Source of the DNA: Selaginella moellendorffii
Lineage: Eukaryota > Plantae > Lycopodiophyta
Length of the DNA stretch: 64,000 nt
Direction of reading: 5' to 3'
Assembly: GCF_000143415.4 (NCBI RefSeq)
Contig: NW_003314279.1
Span: 1,627,987 to 1,691,986, forward strand
A program made the translations under genes and the position numbers. The notes beneath the pieces are model-generated. The model saw nothing but the letters and a program-made list of their open reading frames with translations, had not been told where the DNA came from and searched no databases. Positions 13,452 to 29,259 of this stretch are shown here, one piece after another (position 1 is the stretch's first letter; each line of letters opens with the position of its first letter).

Positions 13452-15100
13452 TGGCAATTAGAGAAGTTAGCAATTCCATCTTTAAGAGAAAGAGGGTAAT
13501 CCATGAGTTGCATTCCATTGCTTTCAAGAACAATATTAGCAAAGATCATTACATGTCTAGGGTGGAAGCTATGGAGTACATGTTGAGCTATGCCCAAGTA
13601 GAAAAAGAGGATGCATGACATTAAGGATGCAAAAGTAGATCCTATGAAGCTTTTGAAACTTTAGATTTGTTTAAATAGAGAACAAAAGAATTCACCCATC
13701 TATACAAAATAGAAGCACTTACAAAGAACATAAGCAATTGGAGTTTATGTAAATGCTGTGGAGGCATTTGCATAGTAGCTACATATGGATGTCAACATAT
13801 TTAAATATGGATCAAACTCCAAATTTTATGTATTTTTGCTCTCAACTAATGTGAATAAACAACCTTACTCCTCAATAGTGTTCACCTTTGTATAAAACAG
13901 GGGTGTATTTCCATATTTAGAGCCTACACATCGCTTTATTAAGTAGTCAATCTATATATTTGTTCTACAGATAAAATTGAGATGTAAAATGAAAACTGAA
14001 TCTAATGAGTGGTGCTCATAATATTAATTCATGCTTATAAACAAAATAAATTACCCCATTAAAATTACCTTTTCTTCTTCTTCTTTTTAGTATTGTAGCC
14101 TATATGCTATGCATGCTTGTCTAGTCATTTGCAAATTTGATGATGTGTGTAGCAGCCAGAAGTAAAAGCCACAATCACATAGTCAACTTGCAAGAGTTTA
14201 TAAATGAAAAATACTTTTAAAACTATAGGGAAAACCATTACATTTTGGCAATACTCGTTTGTTTATTGCATTATTCTAGATTCTCAAGAACTACCTATAT
14301 TGTCAAGCCTTGTGTGAAAGGGATGGAGTGTATTCCTATACTTGATGCTAATCACATATACTTTCAACAACCTTGAGTGTAAAAAGCATCTCTTCCTTGT
14401 AAAGCTCTCTTGCCTGATTAGTAAAGATATATCATCAAGTTCTCTATAAAGTGTAAACACTACATTGCCATAAATAATAATCATCTATATCAATGCTTGG
14501 TTCACACTTGTATTTCTCTAGGTCCTATAACAAGTTCACCTAGGTAAAAAAAGGTTATATGAGTTAATAGGACTGTAATCTTGATTTTGTGTCTAAATGA
14601 AAAGCTCCTCGACCTTTCCAAATGAGCTATATAATCATTTATCAAGATGTTGAAAGTTTCCTAGTTCAGAATGTAAAAAGCCTCTTACATCTAGTTCTTA
14701 GCATCTTTTATATTCAAGTTTTTCTTATAAACATCAATCAAAAGATTGTAATAGCCATGATTTATCTGGAAAGTCATGCTTTACATCACCCACAACACAA
14801 ATAATTATAAAAAAGAAAGATTCATAAAAGTTGCAATGGAAGAACACTACAACCTATGTAACAAGAGACTAGACTTATGCATTTATGTAACAAGAACGTT
14901 AATGTGACCTTTAGGTAGGTGTCCAAATAGCTAAGGCATCTTCTTTCAATATAGAACTTGTGCCAGAAAACCTGTTGCTATCTATACAAGAAAGATCAAA
15001 GTTCAAGAGAAGAGAAGAAAAATAAGAGAAAAGAAGAAGAGAAAAAAAAAAAAAGAAAAGCAAGGTGTTTATACATAAGTGGATGTTCTCTAAGTAGCTG

Positions 15101-16441
15101 TCTGGATTCGGAACCACCACATGCCGATCGAACCGACCAGGACGGACAAGCGCCTTGTCGTGAGATTCGGGGAAGTTCGTAGCGGCGATCACTATGATGC
15201 CTTCGTTTTGCTTGAAACCGTCCAGCTCCACCAACAGCTGGTTCAGTGCGCTTCTTCGCAGCTGCGAATAAGTCCCGCACTCGCCAAGCACCAACTCCGA
15301 CGAACATTTCCTCGAACTCGCTCCAGCTGCAATAGAAAAACGGTACCACTGCTTCACCAGCAATTGCCAGAGCCAGCATCTCTTTCCTGTTCCAGGAGGC
15401 CCAACCAGAAGGACGCCTTTCGGTAGCTTGCCACCTAGACGGGTAAATTTCTGCAAAGAAGCAACCGAGACTGGAGTTACAAACCGGAGAAACACGAAAG
15501 AAAAATAGATAAAGCAATGACCTTTGGATCCCAAAGATGGTGAACAATCTCCTCCAACTCCGCTTTGGCTTCGTCGACTCTTTTCACGTCACTGAACTTG
15601 GTATTAGACTCCAAGCTTGGCTGTACCTCCTCATTGAGACCCAGCCCTGCCAGGAACCAGGGGCGTGAGTAAGACCTCCTTTCCTATACAGACAAGGATG
15701 CCAGTTCAACACGTAGGCAAGACCTTAAAACAAACGCATCCATGCATTGCAAGCCATCCTCTACGATGCTTACCTTTGCTGAGGCCCTTGTCCTTGACAA
15801 TGGCCCCAACGCCAGAGAGAAGTAGAAAGCCCAGAGCCAAGGTTCGAACAGTCCGCCACACTTGAACTCTAAAACGTCCTTCGGACGTGACCATGTGGAT
15901 TGGCGCACTGGGAGAGCCCAAAATTCCGTCTTTCGTGGCTGTTCCTACTGCCGGAAACGCCGAAGACATGATCGGTCGCGCCTCAGCTTGAAAACTTCCT
16001 AGCGATGCAGTTGCTCCTACACGGTTTAAAAGAAAATAGGAGGATCAGATCCGATAAAGAAAGAGTTACAGCGTTTACCTCTTTGCAGCGTTTTCAACAA
16101 GGCACTGTCATCGAGCCTATCGACCTTGACGAGAGCTTTGAGATACTCGGCCAAAGCACTGGCGCTGCGCTGCGGAAGTGGTCTACCCTCGGGATCCACC
16201 TCGTTAAGATCTCTTAGAAACTTCACTTGTTTCTCCTGAGCATCGGGCCCTCCTTCTCTCTCCAGCTGCTCCAGCCTTCTCGAGAAATTGCTTGTGTAGC
16301 TGGACATGCAGCGTCTCTTGAAATTCAAGCATCATTAGCAACGGGAAGAGGACGAGGGAAATCGGATAGAAAAATGCCTGCATCCAGCTGCTTCAACACA
16401 ATCGCGCGTCCCAGCCCATACAAGGATGCCGCCGACACCAT
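15101..16441 (-). pseudogene. FTSH4: FtsH4/YME1-like mitochondrial i-AAA metalloprotease pseudogene
   Basis: Spliced exons give [96 protein letters not shown] and [15 protein letters not shown]. There is a frameshift after Walker A, the Walker B segment between AKKR and LNQ is deleted, and the M41 peptidase domain is absent. Confidence 0.9.
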
Positions 16442-16863
16442 CTGCTTGGCGGAGGAGTCTTCCTGTGGTCGAAATCCGCGGGCAATCAGCGCGGGCGCTA
16501 AGCCCTAATGGGAGAGAGGAAAGAGAGCGCCATTTCTCCCGCTCCGAGCTCCCAAAATTGATCCTTCACGTGCTAGGACGCCCTGGCAGCCACCGCCTCC
16601 GCCAGAAGTCCCCAAACTATCACGCGTTTCAATTCCCCCTTAATTTCGTGGCATATTCTCCCGCGTGAGACGGAAGATTCTAAAAGTACACATTAAAAAA
16701 AAAAAAAAAAAACCCAGCCTTTTGGCTGGTTATATAATACAAAGAAAACTGTACATTCTCTTCATTGTAAAAAATGTGGTGATGCCCCTGGAGCTATCGT
16801 TATGGGGGCAGCACTGAGTTTCTTCGTTCTTTAGAATTTCTTCCACGAAAACCAGTTGATCGA

Positions 16864-19800
16864 TCATCGATTCTGGAAGTTGAAAACTTTGATGCAGATG
16901 GCAAAGCACACCGCGAAGACGACGACGAGGCCGACGTGAACTCCGGCCACGACGCCCAAGAAGTCGTGCCTGAACCCAAAGTAGGACCTCAAGAAGCCCT
17001 CCACGGTCGTCTCTTCGCCGTCGGCCCGGAACAACGGCGTGGTGACATCTCCAAGCTGAGACGTGAGGAGGCCGTAGAGAGACCACGCCGCTGGCGAGGC
17101 CCAGTAGTACCACCTCCACCACACTGGAATCGCCTGAGAGACAAACCAAAGTGTTAGGGAATCGCAAAAGAAATGTGTGGAATTCATGAACTTACGGGTC
17201 GAGGGATGATGAAGCCAGAGAACAGGTTCCAGATTCCGTAGAATGCCGTGGATACGATGGTTGCAATCTGGTCGTTGGGTGTCAGCGCCACCGTCACCAT
17301 GCCGTAGAGCGTGTAGTAGAGGAACGTCATGTACAAGAAGAAGAGGAACCACAAGAACTTGGCTGCTGTCCATTCCAGCTGCATCGTCGCGTACACAATG
17401 AGTCCATACGCGAAGGCTTGCACGAACACGTAGGGAATCTCGATCAGGACCTGGACGCACGGAGTTTTCCTTGATGAGTCAAACGAAATCTGAAGAGTCG
17501 GATGTATGCTTTACCTGAGCAAAAGCATATGGAAGGGGAGAGTACATTCCAGCGGCTCTTTCTCGATAGTAGACCGTTCGCTCGATAGCAACGACTGGCT
17601 GCACTCCTGACGAATTGCTGAACCCAATGAAGAGCACAGCAGCGTATATAGATCCCATCAGATTAAAGAGGTCTTGTTCTCGTGATCTGCTCACGAGAGA
17701 AAGGCAGGAGTCAGAACCAACGCTCGATTGAACTACACAACGTTTACCTTTTCGAGCCGATGTCCCAAAACATTGTGCCAAATATTATCGCGACAACCAA
17801 GGTGAAGAACATGCGAACCAGAACGTAGTATGGATTTTTCCAGTATGACTGATGTTGTTTCCACAAGCATCCCATGACCTGTCCGAGGAACGACAGAGGG
17901 TATTGCGTTGGAAACCATATGTCCTCCGTGCCGGGAACCGGAGTGCTCAGCTGAGTAATAATAGCTTCATTGTGCCTAGACACACCAGTGGTTTAGCCAA
18001 GAAAGAGATAATGGTCAAGTGTGCTTACTGGTAGACTGGAGAAGTTTTATAGATGTCCGCAAAATCTACTCCCAGACGATTCTCCACGTCTGCAGCGGTA
18101 ACCTCTAACATCCATGTAGCTGGATTGTATCCTTCTCTTATGTTAGGAACACCGCTGATACCCTGGGGAAATTAATCCATATAAATCATCTCAAGTCTGC
18201 AAGAACAAAGCAAGCGACTTACCTGGAAGTATTCAACAAGTTTGTGCGAGTTCTTTCCCAAGGAACCTGCGTAGATAACGCGCCCTCCGCGTTTCATCAA
18301 CAGAAGCTGGAGAAAGCAGGCAGGTTTTCAAGAGAGTTTGCAAGGTAATAATCCCGTACCTCATCGAAGGCCTCAAAAATGTCAATGCTAGGCTGATGAA
18401 TGGTGCAGACGACAGTGCGACCGGTGTCGACAGTGTTGCGGACCGTTCTCATGACAATTGCTGCCGCTCGTGCATCCAGTCCGGAAGTTGGCTCGTCCAT
18501 GAAAATAATTGAAGGATTTGCAACGAGCTCCACGGCAATTGTCAGTCGTTTCCGCTGCTCGGTCGAAAGTCCATCAACTCCAGGGAGACCAACCAACGCA
18601 TCCCGGAGAGGGTTAAGCTCTACAAGCTCCATAACTTCTTCCACAAACATCTGTTCCAAAACTCACCTTAGCAAACTTGACTACGAAAAACATCTCTCTC
18701 CTTACCTTTTTCGTCCCCTTATCAATGTCATCCGATAGTCGGAGCCAAGCAGAATAAACCAGTGACTCGTACACTGTAACGTTGGGTGAATGAATGTCAG
18801 TTTGTTCGCAATAACCCGAAATCCTAGCAAAAGTAGCCTGGTTTTTGGGATAGCCGGAGATGCGAATGTCGCCTTCAATGTAGCCACCAGTTTTACGCCC
18901 GGCTAAAACATCCATGAGAGTTGTCTTTCCAGCACCGCTTACACCGACAAGAGCCGTGAGGACTCCAGGCCTGAAGCTACTGCTTACGTCGTGCAGCAAC
19001 TGTAATCTATTTTCTGTCACGCCTTGTTGCTTCATTTCCTGTTACAAGTGCATTAGAACTCAATATCCTACAAAGGAAATGCGTAAAAGCATACCGCGGG
19101 CATGTCAACGTAGTAGTTAACATGATTGAATGACATTGCTAAAGGTTGAAACGGGAGTATCATTCCCCTTTTAGAATCGGCACCCATTCGACCAGACGTA
19201 AGCTCCAAATCTCCTGGCATTCGATGTTAGACCATATAATGAAATTTGTGATGGCACCATTACCTGCATTAGAAGATCTGCCCGATCGCTTTGATTTTGC
19301 ACGCACTGATCTTTCTGAGACTTCGCCGGTACGGTTCACGTTCTGCTCTTCTAGTATTTCCTCAGACACTACGGCCTGCGGTTTTCCAGGAGCTGTTTAA
19401 ATAGAAAAAATGAGTACCTACATGGAGAAAAGAAATAGATTCCTACGTACCGCTGAAGTAAGCGAGTGCCAAAGTGAAAACAACGTTGAAGAGAATGGCA
19501 TAAGCCAACTGAGCACCAGTTCCAAGCCAATACCAGTTTTTATTGGGGAACAGGCCTCGAGACTCTAGAACTTGGTTGCCAACGGTGGTGGTCTGATTGG
19601 CATTTTCGAGAATCTGCCATCTTGATGCACTGAACTCGTTCACGGCAAGCGCATTCTGTGCGTACATCATGGGCGACGACCAATATCCCCAAATCCACCA
19701 AGGTTCAACGTCCTCTGGAAATTAAAGACCATTATAAGTTGTGCTACCTGAGTATAGTCAATGGATTACCTCTAGAAAGAAGAAAACCACCGAGGACAAG

Positions 19801-22422
19801 AACTATCAGCAGCGTGAAAGAGCCGAAGGTGTTTGCTACAACCATAGTCCGAGAAAGTGAAGCAATGAATCGGAAAAGACCTCCCGACATTTGATGAATT
19901 AGGAACATGAGAAGGAACTGCTGGAAGAACCTGAAACACTCAAACATAAAATATCAACACTATTTCTCATTAAACATCAATATAACAAACCTGGCGGCAC
20001 TAGAAGCAAATCCAACCACGTAGTACGTCATGCACACCCAAAGTGCTGATTCGAGCAGGGACACTGGAATTCGAGTGATCACGTTAGGAAGAGAAAATGC
20101 CCACGCAGGAAATAGCATCTGGTCCCGCTGCTTGTAAAATACTGGAAGGCGCGCAATGGTCATTGACAACTCCGCAAATCCATTAAACATGATGATGATC
20201 AGGCCGAAGAACAAGGCTCCCATGTAGAGACTGCCATCACCAACAGTTCTGTGATGCATTTCGGTCCGGAGAAACACAGTCATCGTGATAAAGGCCAGAA
20301 GAATCAGCTGCATTGGAAATTTTAGTATCAGATATATGGATTTTAGTCTTCGATAACATACCTGAGAACCTTTGAACACGTAGACGAATGAGTCCTCTTC
20401 ATCAAAAGTATCTCCCGCGCCAAGAGAGCCTTGAANNNNNNNNNNNNNNNNNNNNNNNNNNNNNNNNNNNNNNNNNNNNNNNNNNNNNNNNNNNNNNNNN
20501 NNNNNNNNNNNNNNNNNNNNNNNNNNNNNNNNNNNGACCGACATGGAACTTTTGAAAGGCATCCGCGAACTCCTGGACAGGTATAAATCTGTATGGCATC
20601 CTCTTGTCAGCCCAATACTATTCCTGGTCTTTCCTTGACGTAACTTCTTGCAAAAAGTCCGCGACACCTTTCCTCGGAGGACATTTAAATCCCTGCGTCT
20701 CGAAGAAATCCAACACGAGTTCCCGGGGGCCCTGATATACAATCTGCCCCTCCGATAGAAGAATCAAGTCGTCGAAAAGCTCAAACGTCTCGGGAGCAGG
20801 CTGGAGCAAGGAGATGACCATGGTAGCATCGAGCACATGGACAAACTGCCTTAAGCTCTTCACTATCTGAAATGTGGTCGAGCTGTCAAGACCGGTTGAA
20901 ATCTCGTCCATGAAAAGAGACTTTGCAGGCCCAACGAGCATCTCTCCTGCAAAATAAACATTTGTCATAAACAAATCGTGACCAAAAAGCTTCCAGGCTT
21001 GCAAGTCTTACCTGTAGTGACACGCTTCTTTTGTCCTCCAGAAATACCCCTGCGCATGGCGTCTCCGACAAGTATATCAGAACAAATGTCCAAACCCAAA
21101 ATCTGGAAGCGAAAAAATGCATGAGAACCGCGAATCCTCTTTGATCACGATCCAAAACACGCTAACCTTCAGCACATAGTCCGTTACAATGGAGGTCTCC
21201 TGACCCTCTATAGCCGACGCCTGTAAGAAGCTCGTAAGAACGCTGCCAACCACAAAGTGCTTATTACCTTCATGAACGCATCAACATCGGGATCCGGTTT
21301 GATCTTGGCGTTTTTCTCCCGTCTTGAAAGCTCCGTTATCATCTCTGACACAAGTTATAAGAAAGTCAATTCCACGTGCACGCCAACCCAGGACGTTGTT
21401 TACCATATCTGCTTCCCACGCCTTGACACCTAGAAGCAAAATCAAACGTCTCTCTCACCGTCAACTCCCCGCTATGCAAGTCGTGTTGGCTTATGTAAGC
21501 AGAAGTCCTTTGAGGCACAAATTCAGTCAATGTGTGGCCATTGTAGGTGACTCTCCCAGAAACCTGTAAAGTGAAATCTAAGATGAGAACCATCTCCTAA
21601 AAGCTGGAGGACTTCCTTACCTTGAGGCTTTGGTCCAACTTTCCAGAAAGCGCAAGAAGCAGCGTAGTTTTCCCTGCGTTAGGAGGGCCCAGCAGAAGTG
21701 TCATCCTGTAGAGAAGTATGAGTACAAGATTTTCGCCGAAAGATGCAGCAATTTCATTACCTGGAAGGCTTCACGATACCACTAACGTTGCGCAAAATCG
21801 TGAGGACGTGTTTCTTAGAAGGGAGCAAGTGTAGCTTTCCCAAGATTTGCTGGAAAAACAAATCACAACAAAAAAGTAAGAGCCAGAGAGCGATGAAAAG
21901 ATTTTTTTGTTAATAGTACGAACCTGGGACATGTTGATGACAAAGTTAAACAGCGTCGGTAGAGCTCGCTTGCCGACACGTACAGCAGCTTCGATTTGAA
22001 GTCCTTCGTACCTCACCTCGATTTTGGGAAGGTCTATCCCGACTCTGAGACAATTGTTCCAAGAGTGAGAAGAAACTCGAATCAAAACAGTTCTACTACC
22101 TGTCGATCCTTTCCCGGAGCTTGCGGATGAACATCTCGTTCTCCGTGTCCGTTGTTGCCAAGAGCTTCTCCACAAGATTCCTCCTCTCCGTGAGGCCCAA
22201 GGACTTGACATCAATGTGCTCATGGCGAGTGCTCCCATGCTCGCCCACATTCTTGATTATGGCCGTCCGGAGGCGATCGTATGTGGGAAGCTTCTCCAGC
22301 GCGGCCCATTTCAGCGCCTCCTCATCGTCCACCTCCCTGACCGAGCTGCGCGAGAAGACATTTTCCGTCCACGATCGCGAGCTCGCCGCTCTCATCAGCT
22401 CCACGTCGGTCGGAAGCGCCAT
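16864..22422 (-). CDS. Full-size ABCG (PDR) transporter, multi-exon; two apparent lesions beside the assembly gap
   Basis: [116 protein letters not shown], ending FNFQNR*. Short GT-AG introns. TAG at 20618-20620 and a 1-nt deletion near 20393. Confidence 0.95.
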
Positions 22423-22626
22423 CGCTCCCCCCTTGTCCCCTCAATATTTTCGGCAATATCTGGAATTCCGGGGCGAGGCGACCTACAAAATTCCACCCCC
22501 GATTCGACGAGCTACCACTAGAAGTCGATTCGATCGAGATCCAGATCCCAGATCCTGGCGCTACATCCCTGGATCGATCGAGCCGGAAGAAATGAGGAGA
22601 ATGGAAAATAGTTTGGGAGCTAGGGC

Positions 22627-22634
22627 TTTATATA
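22627..22634 (-). promoter_or_regulatory. Candidate TATA box of the ABCG gene
   Basis: TATATAAA on the minus strand about 205 nt upstream of the ATG. An adjacent TTGACC (W-box core) and a CACGTG at 22762 lie nearby. Confidence 0.45.
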
Positions 22635-23411
22635 ATTGACCTCTTTGGACCATGGCCGAAAACTTCCACAAACAAGCCCATGCTACTCCATGGAAGCTTC
22701 TCATTTATACGCTTCTGGGCTGGGATTTGATCCGACGGTCCAGACGCTTAACTAGAAAGCGCACGTGATGCTGTGATTTCGTGACCCTCTTCTATGGGAC
22801 ATATGGAGAGTCCTCGCCAATAAAAACCTGTTCTAGACAAAGTAGGAGTGCTCTTCTCGACGCCGCCGCACACGCTTTGGCGTGGATGCAAAGTTTTCTT
22901 CCCGGGTTTTTGAGCGAAATTTCGAAATAGAAGCGTTGACAGGGTGAATATGCTGCGTACACTAGTTGTTTCAGCAATGGTGTTTGAACACCACCAATAG
23001 GATTGGAAAAAAAAATGGTGGTTGTTTCCTCGAATTCGACCGGAATCGTTCGGCTATTCAATGTGACCTGATCAAAGGTCTTTACAAATTGTAGTAACTT
23101 TTGATTACTGAAGAAATTTTATGTTTACTGGAGTTATTTTATTCAATATAATTCAACTAGTTTGGAGTCAACTTTGATTTGCGATCTTTGAGCAGCATTC
23201 AAGATAGTTTTGCTCGGTGGAAGGAGGTCCCGTGCTAATGTAAAACACTTCGGTTTACTAGCAGTTTTTTAAGTACAACTTGTGGTAGAGTTTGATCTCA
23301 TTACTAGCAGCTTTTAAATACAATATGTGCTGTCATAAGATCTCGCTGCGCTATATGCTAAACATTCGCGTTTGCAAATCAAAAAGCGATTGAGATTCTC
23401 ATCTTGTAAAC

Positions 23412-24609
<1,198 letters not shown>

Positions 24610-27600
24610 TTGCCGCTAAAACCCTAACCCAAGAACCCTAAAAGAAAAAGTTGAAATATATTTTTGACCAGCCATCGCTCCATTCTAGCCCTAAATTCAA
24701 ACCTGTTAATTATTTCTTTTTTTTTTCCTTTAAAAATTAAGTTATTTTGAATTTAAAAATTAAGTTAAAAATCAGTTTTAACAAGTCTATTGCTATTTAA
24801 ATTTTTGGTTTGCTTAAGTAAACGTTATAGCGGTCAAACCGGGACCCATTTTCATTCATGGACAGCAACAAAGCCTCAAAGAAAACACACCTTTCTAGTC
24901 GTAATGTCTGCCAAACACGCCACACGCTCAGACTCTGCTCCCCACCTCTGAGGTATCAATCTCCTTTCTCCCCAACCTCGCAAAACCCCTCCCTCAAGAT
25001 GTCCCACCACGTCAGCCTGTTCGCCATGTGAACTATTCGCCAAGAAGCGCGATACAACCAAAAAATAGAAAAAGTTAGGGTTAGGGTTCGACAGAGGATT
25101 CAGTTAAGGCTTTGCTAACTAGTCACCGATTCGAACGGCGTTTACTTGTGTGTCCTCAACTCCTAGACTAATGTCACATGCATAACATTGTGTAGTCATT
25201 TCCTCTTTTTCGAAGGAGAGACTTGAAAAAACATGGGTCTGATTGAGCGCTCTCTAGGACTTCTAACATTGCTGTCGAATATCAAATTAGAGAATCGTAA
25301 TTCTGTGGCTAACACTGTCCATGGCATTGCACTCTCTGTTTGCTGAGCCAAAATTGTCATCTTAGCTTGAGTTGGCTGATCTATTACCAAATAGGGCCCA
25401 TCGTACCGTGAAGAACACTTCCTTCCTAGGATGCCTTGCACCACAACTTTGGCCATGACAGAATCTCCAACACCAAAGGGATGATCATTGATTCTTTTTC
25501 TTGTAGTTCCTTGAATAACGAGCTTGTGCCTGTTCAATGTTTGCTCTTGCTCTTTCTTCCAAGATTGGCCTGTGATTCGAGCTTTCTCCAATGTAGTTCT
25601 GGGATTCAATACCATCATTGGTTGCGGTGAGATCTCGCTCAAAAGGTGAAAAACCTGTGGACTCGTGTCTTGTTGTTCTGTAAGCAAAGAGTACTTCCGG
25701 CAAAACATTGTCCCACTCCCCTTTCTTGAGCAAAATATTTACTGAGACCATCTTTTCTAGTGTCTTGTTTAAGCGCTCTACCATGCCATTAGTTGAAGGT
25801 TTGAATCGTCCTGTCAGGGTGTGCTTCACACCCATTCTGCAGCACAGTAGGGAGAATGCCTCACTGCAAAACTCTTTTCCCCTGTCAGTAAGGATCTCCT
25901 CTGGGACTCCATGTCTTAAGATAACATCCTCGTAGATAAACTCCACGGCAGTCTGAGTAGATTTGTCTTTTACTGCTCGTGCCTCAACCTACTTAGAGAA
26001 GTAGTCCATGCAAACAACAATATATTTGTTGCCATGTCTGGAGGGGAAGTTGAAAGGTCCAACAAAATCAAGTCCCACCCTTGCAAAGGCCCTCCAATTG
26101 GCAACGGCTGTAATTCTGAGGTTATAGATGACCGCATAGGAGCATTAGAGATCTTGCAAGCCGTACATGAGGCTATCACCCGATCAACATCATTCCTCAT
26201 ACCAATCCACCAGTAATGCTGCTGTAAATCATCTAGGATCCTGTTCCGTGATAAATGTCCCGATAAAGAGGAAGCATGGTATCTAGCACGAGCTCATCGA
26301 CCTCATCCCACTGAACTACCAACAGGTATTGATTCAGCTCTCTTGAAGCGATGTACATTAGCTTGCCATCTAGCACACCAAACTTATCTCTTCCTCGATT
26401 GAGTTTTCTCCTCACTGACTTGTCAATGCCAGGAACAATCTCTCCTGATTCAGCAAAGGCCAAGCGCAGTTTGTATTCTTCGCGATCCATCTGAAGTCCA
26501 AAGCAGGGATAACTACCTCAACCAACCCACACACTTAAATAATCAAGTCCAAATGGGGATGCTCACGCGGATGGAACTACAACCCAGAACAGGAATGATA
26601 AATATTGCCACGATAGCAAGGAAATTCAACAAGTTTGTGAGACAGTCTAGCTGTGAAAGGCTCTGGATAACCCATCTGCGTTCGAGTTTTGTGAGCCTCT
26701 TTTGTAAACAATTTCATAGTCATATCCCATTAAGTAAATCGACCATCGCTGGAGACGACCTGAGAGTGATCCTGAGCCTTGAAGAGCCTTGAGCGCTTGG
26801 TGATCAGTTTCGATTTTGACTCGGGTGCTATGGACATAAGCACGGAAGTGTTTGAGTCCCTGTACTACAGCAAGACATTCCTTTTCCGAAATGGAGTAAT
26901 TTTGCTCAGCTTTCTGCTATAATAAGCAATGGGATGTTCTGCATTGCCAATCTGTGCCAATATTGCTGATATGGCAAGTCTTGACGCATCGCACTGCAAA
27001 AGCTGCACAAGATGGATTAATACATTACCAGGCAACCACAATACCTGCAATCAGGATAAGATAATATAGGCTACTTGCACAGCTCCCGCTTTAGTTCTTC
27101 AAAGGCGTTCTGCTGCTTGGCACCCCAAGCCATCCGCTCCGACTACTTTAGAAGCTTTGTCAGTGGCAAGGCCCTTTCTGCGATTTGTTGATAAATCTTC
27201 GATAATAGCCAGCCAGACCAAGAAAGGCTTTAATCTGCATCGAGACATTAGAGTTCCAAACACACGAAGGAGAACTCGTGTACCTACTTCTTTCCCTCAG
27301 GAATAGGAAACTCCTTCACTGCTGATATTTTCTCAGGATCCGGAGCAATTCCTTTGCCAGATACCACATGTCCAAGAAACTTAATTTCGCGCATGAAGAA
27401 GTGACATTTTTTTGGCTTAATCTTCAGACCTGCTGCTTTCAATCTATAAAATACCTTTCTGAGGTCTGTGATGTGGCTACATACTCCCCGAGAATAGACA
27501 TTAACGTCGTCTATATAGACAAGTGACGATTCCCATCTGAGCGTACCGAGGACACGGTCAATAAGTCTTTGAAAAGTAGCACTCGTGTTACATAGCCCAA

Positions 27601-29259
27601 AAGGCATGCTTTTGAACTGGTACAAACCATCCTGGCATGTAAAAGCTGTCTTTTCCTTATCCTCTTCTCTCATAGGCACTTGCCAGAATCCAGAGGCTAG
27701 ATCAATTGAGGAAAACACCTGCGTTACAACACATAAGTACCAGCATACCTCTCTCTCAGACATCTACCTGTGCACCAGCAAGCTGGTCGAGTGTATCATC
27801 TATTTGTGGTAGTGGATAAACATCACGCTTAGAAATGGAGTTCAACTTGCGATAATCAATGCAGAATCTGGTTGTGCCATCCTTCTTCTTGACGAGAACC
27901 ACTGGCGATGCCCAGGGTGATGATGAAGGCTCAATTACGTCAGCATCTAACATTTTCTTAATCTCCTCGGAAACAATCTTCCGCTGTTTGGGAGTTTCAC
28001 GGTATGCATGCTGCTTGATAGGCTTGCTTGAGGAAGTATGGATCTCATGATGAAGCATATCAGTTTTGCCCAGGTCAAGAGTTCCAGTACTAAAAATCTC
28101 CTGATACTGCCACAGCAACTCATCAAATTCAGAAACGAGATCCGTACCTGAGAGCATATCTCCAACTTTTAGTTCTCCTTTTATCCTCCCAAGGAATTTT
28201 AGAGCCTCCTCATCTAGTGGCAGCTTTTCTGACGACATACAGCTCACTCCCCCAACATAATTTTTGAATGGTTCTGGCAATCCAAGAGCATCCAGACCAT
28301 AAGCAGCTGTATAGCACACAATGTCTGAGATATCTTCACATGCTGCCTCGGCTATAGGATCACCCGACTTGACGTTCACCGTGGAGGTTGTCAAGTTTGC
28401 CATAAGGATGTCAGGCTTGTCCTTATATGCAGAACTAATTATTCCATTAGCTACTGACATGCCTCTCTAGAGTGCCTGATATGAGGACCACAAGTGAACG
28501 TTCCCTTGCAGCAACAAATAAAGAATTGTGTTGGGACAAATGCCTACATGTACTGGGCATGAATACATGCAGCATGGAACAAAACAAATTAAATCACAAC
28601 CTGTGACATAGGAGGAATCGTAATGTCTGCGTCCGCTTTTAGTAGCACCACCTTTCGATCAACCAAAAATACTTTGTTTGCAATTGCCTCTGCAAAGAGC
28701 AACCACAGCTTGTGAGGCAACATCAATCTGGATGCCATGTTACCTTTGCATGGCTCCTTCCACAGATACATCCCTTGCTTGATTGGAGCAAATGTTTTAA
28801 ACTCGGAAGTGCAACAAAAGGCTTTGTGTGAAGATTCAGGTTTAAGCAGACCCCCCAACTTCACAGGTCTGTGACCATTGGAGAAAGTGAGTTGCCTCTC
28901 CCTTATTTCAATCTTTGCACCTATAGCATCCATCCAATCAAGTCCCAATAGTGCTGCATTTGCACACGTGACTATACATGTCATCCTCACTGCTGTGTTC
29001 CCAACCTTCAAATCAAGGTTGACTAGACCTCAAGGTGTATATAGCTCATCATTGATCATGTGTATAAGTATGTGATGACAAGGGCATACCACCTTGGAGG
29101 CCTCGGTTACCCACTTTTCTAGCACTATTGTCACTTCATAGCTTGTGTCCACCATGGCCACCACTCTCTCAGAGAAATCTGAGTTCAACCATAAAGATAA
29201 CAAATTGATCTTCTTTTGGTCCACCATATCATGACCATTACAAAATTTTATGACTGTAG

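Noticed and set aside
13452-14900. Possible Ulp1/MULE remnant
   Set aside because: Only a faint CGFY-like string; not supportable.
29178-29234. Additional 57-nt in-frame intron candidate before the protease active site of element C
   Set aside because: Weak donor, and the frame is open without splicing.
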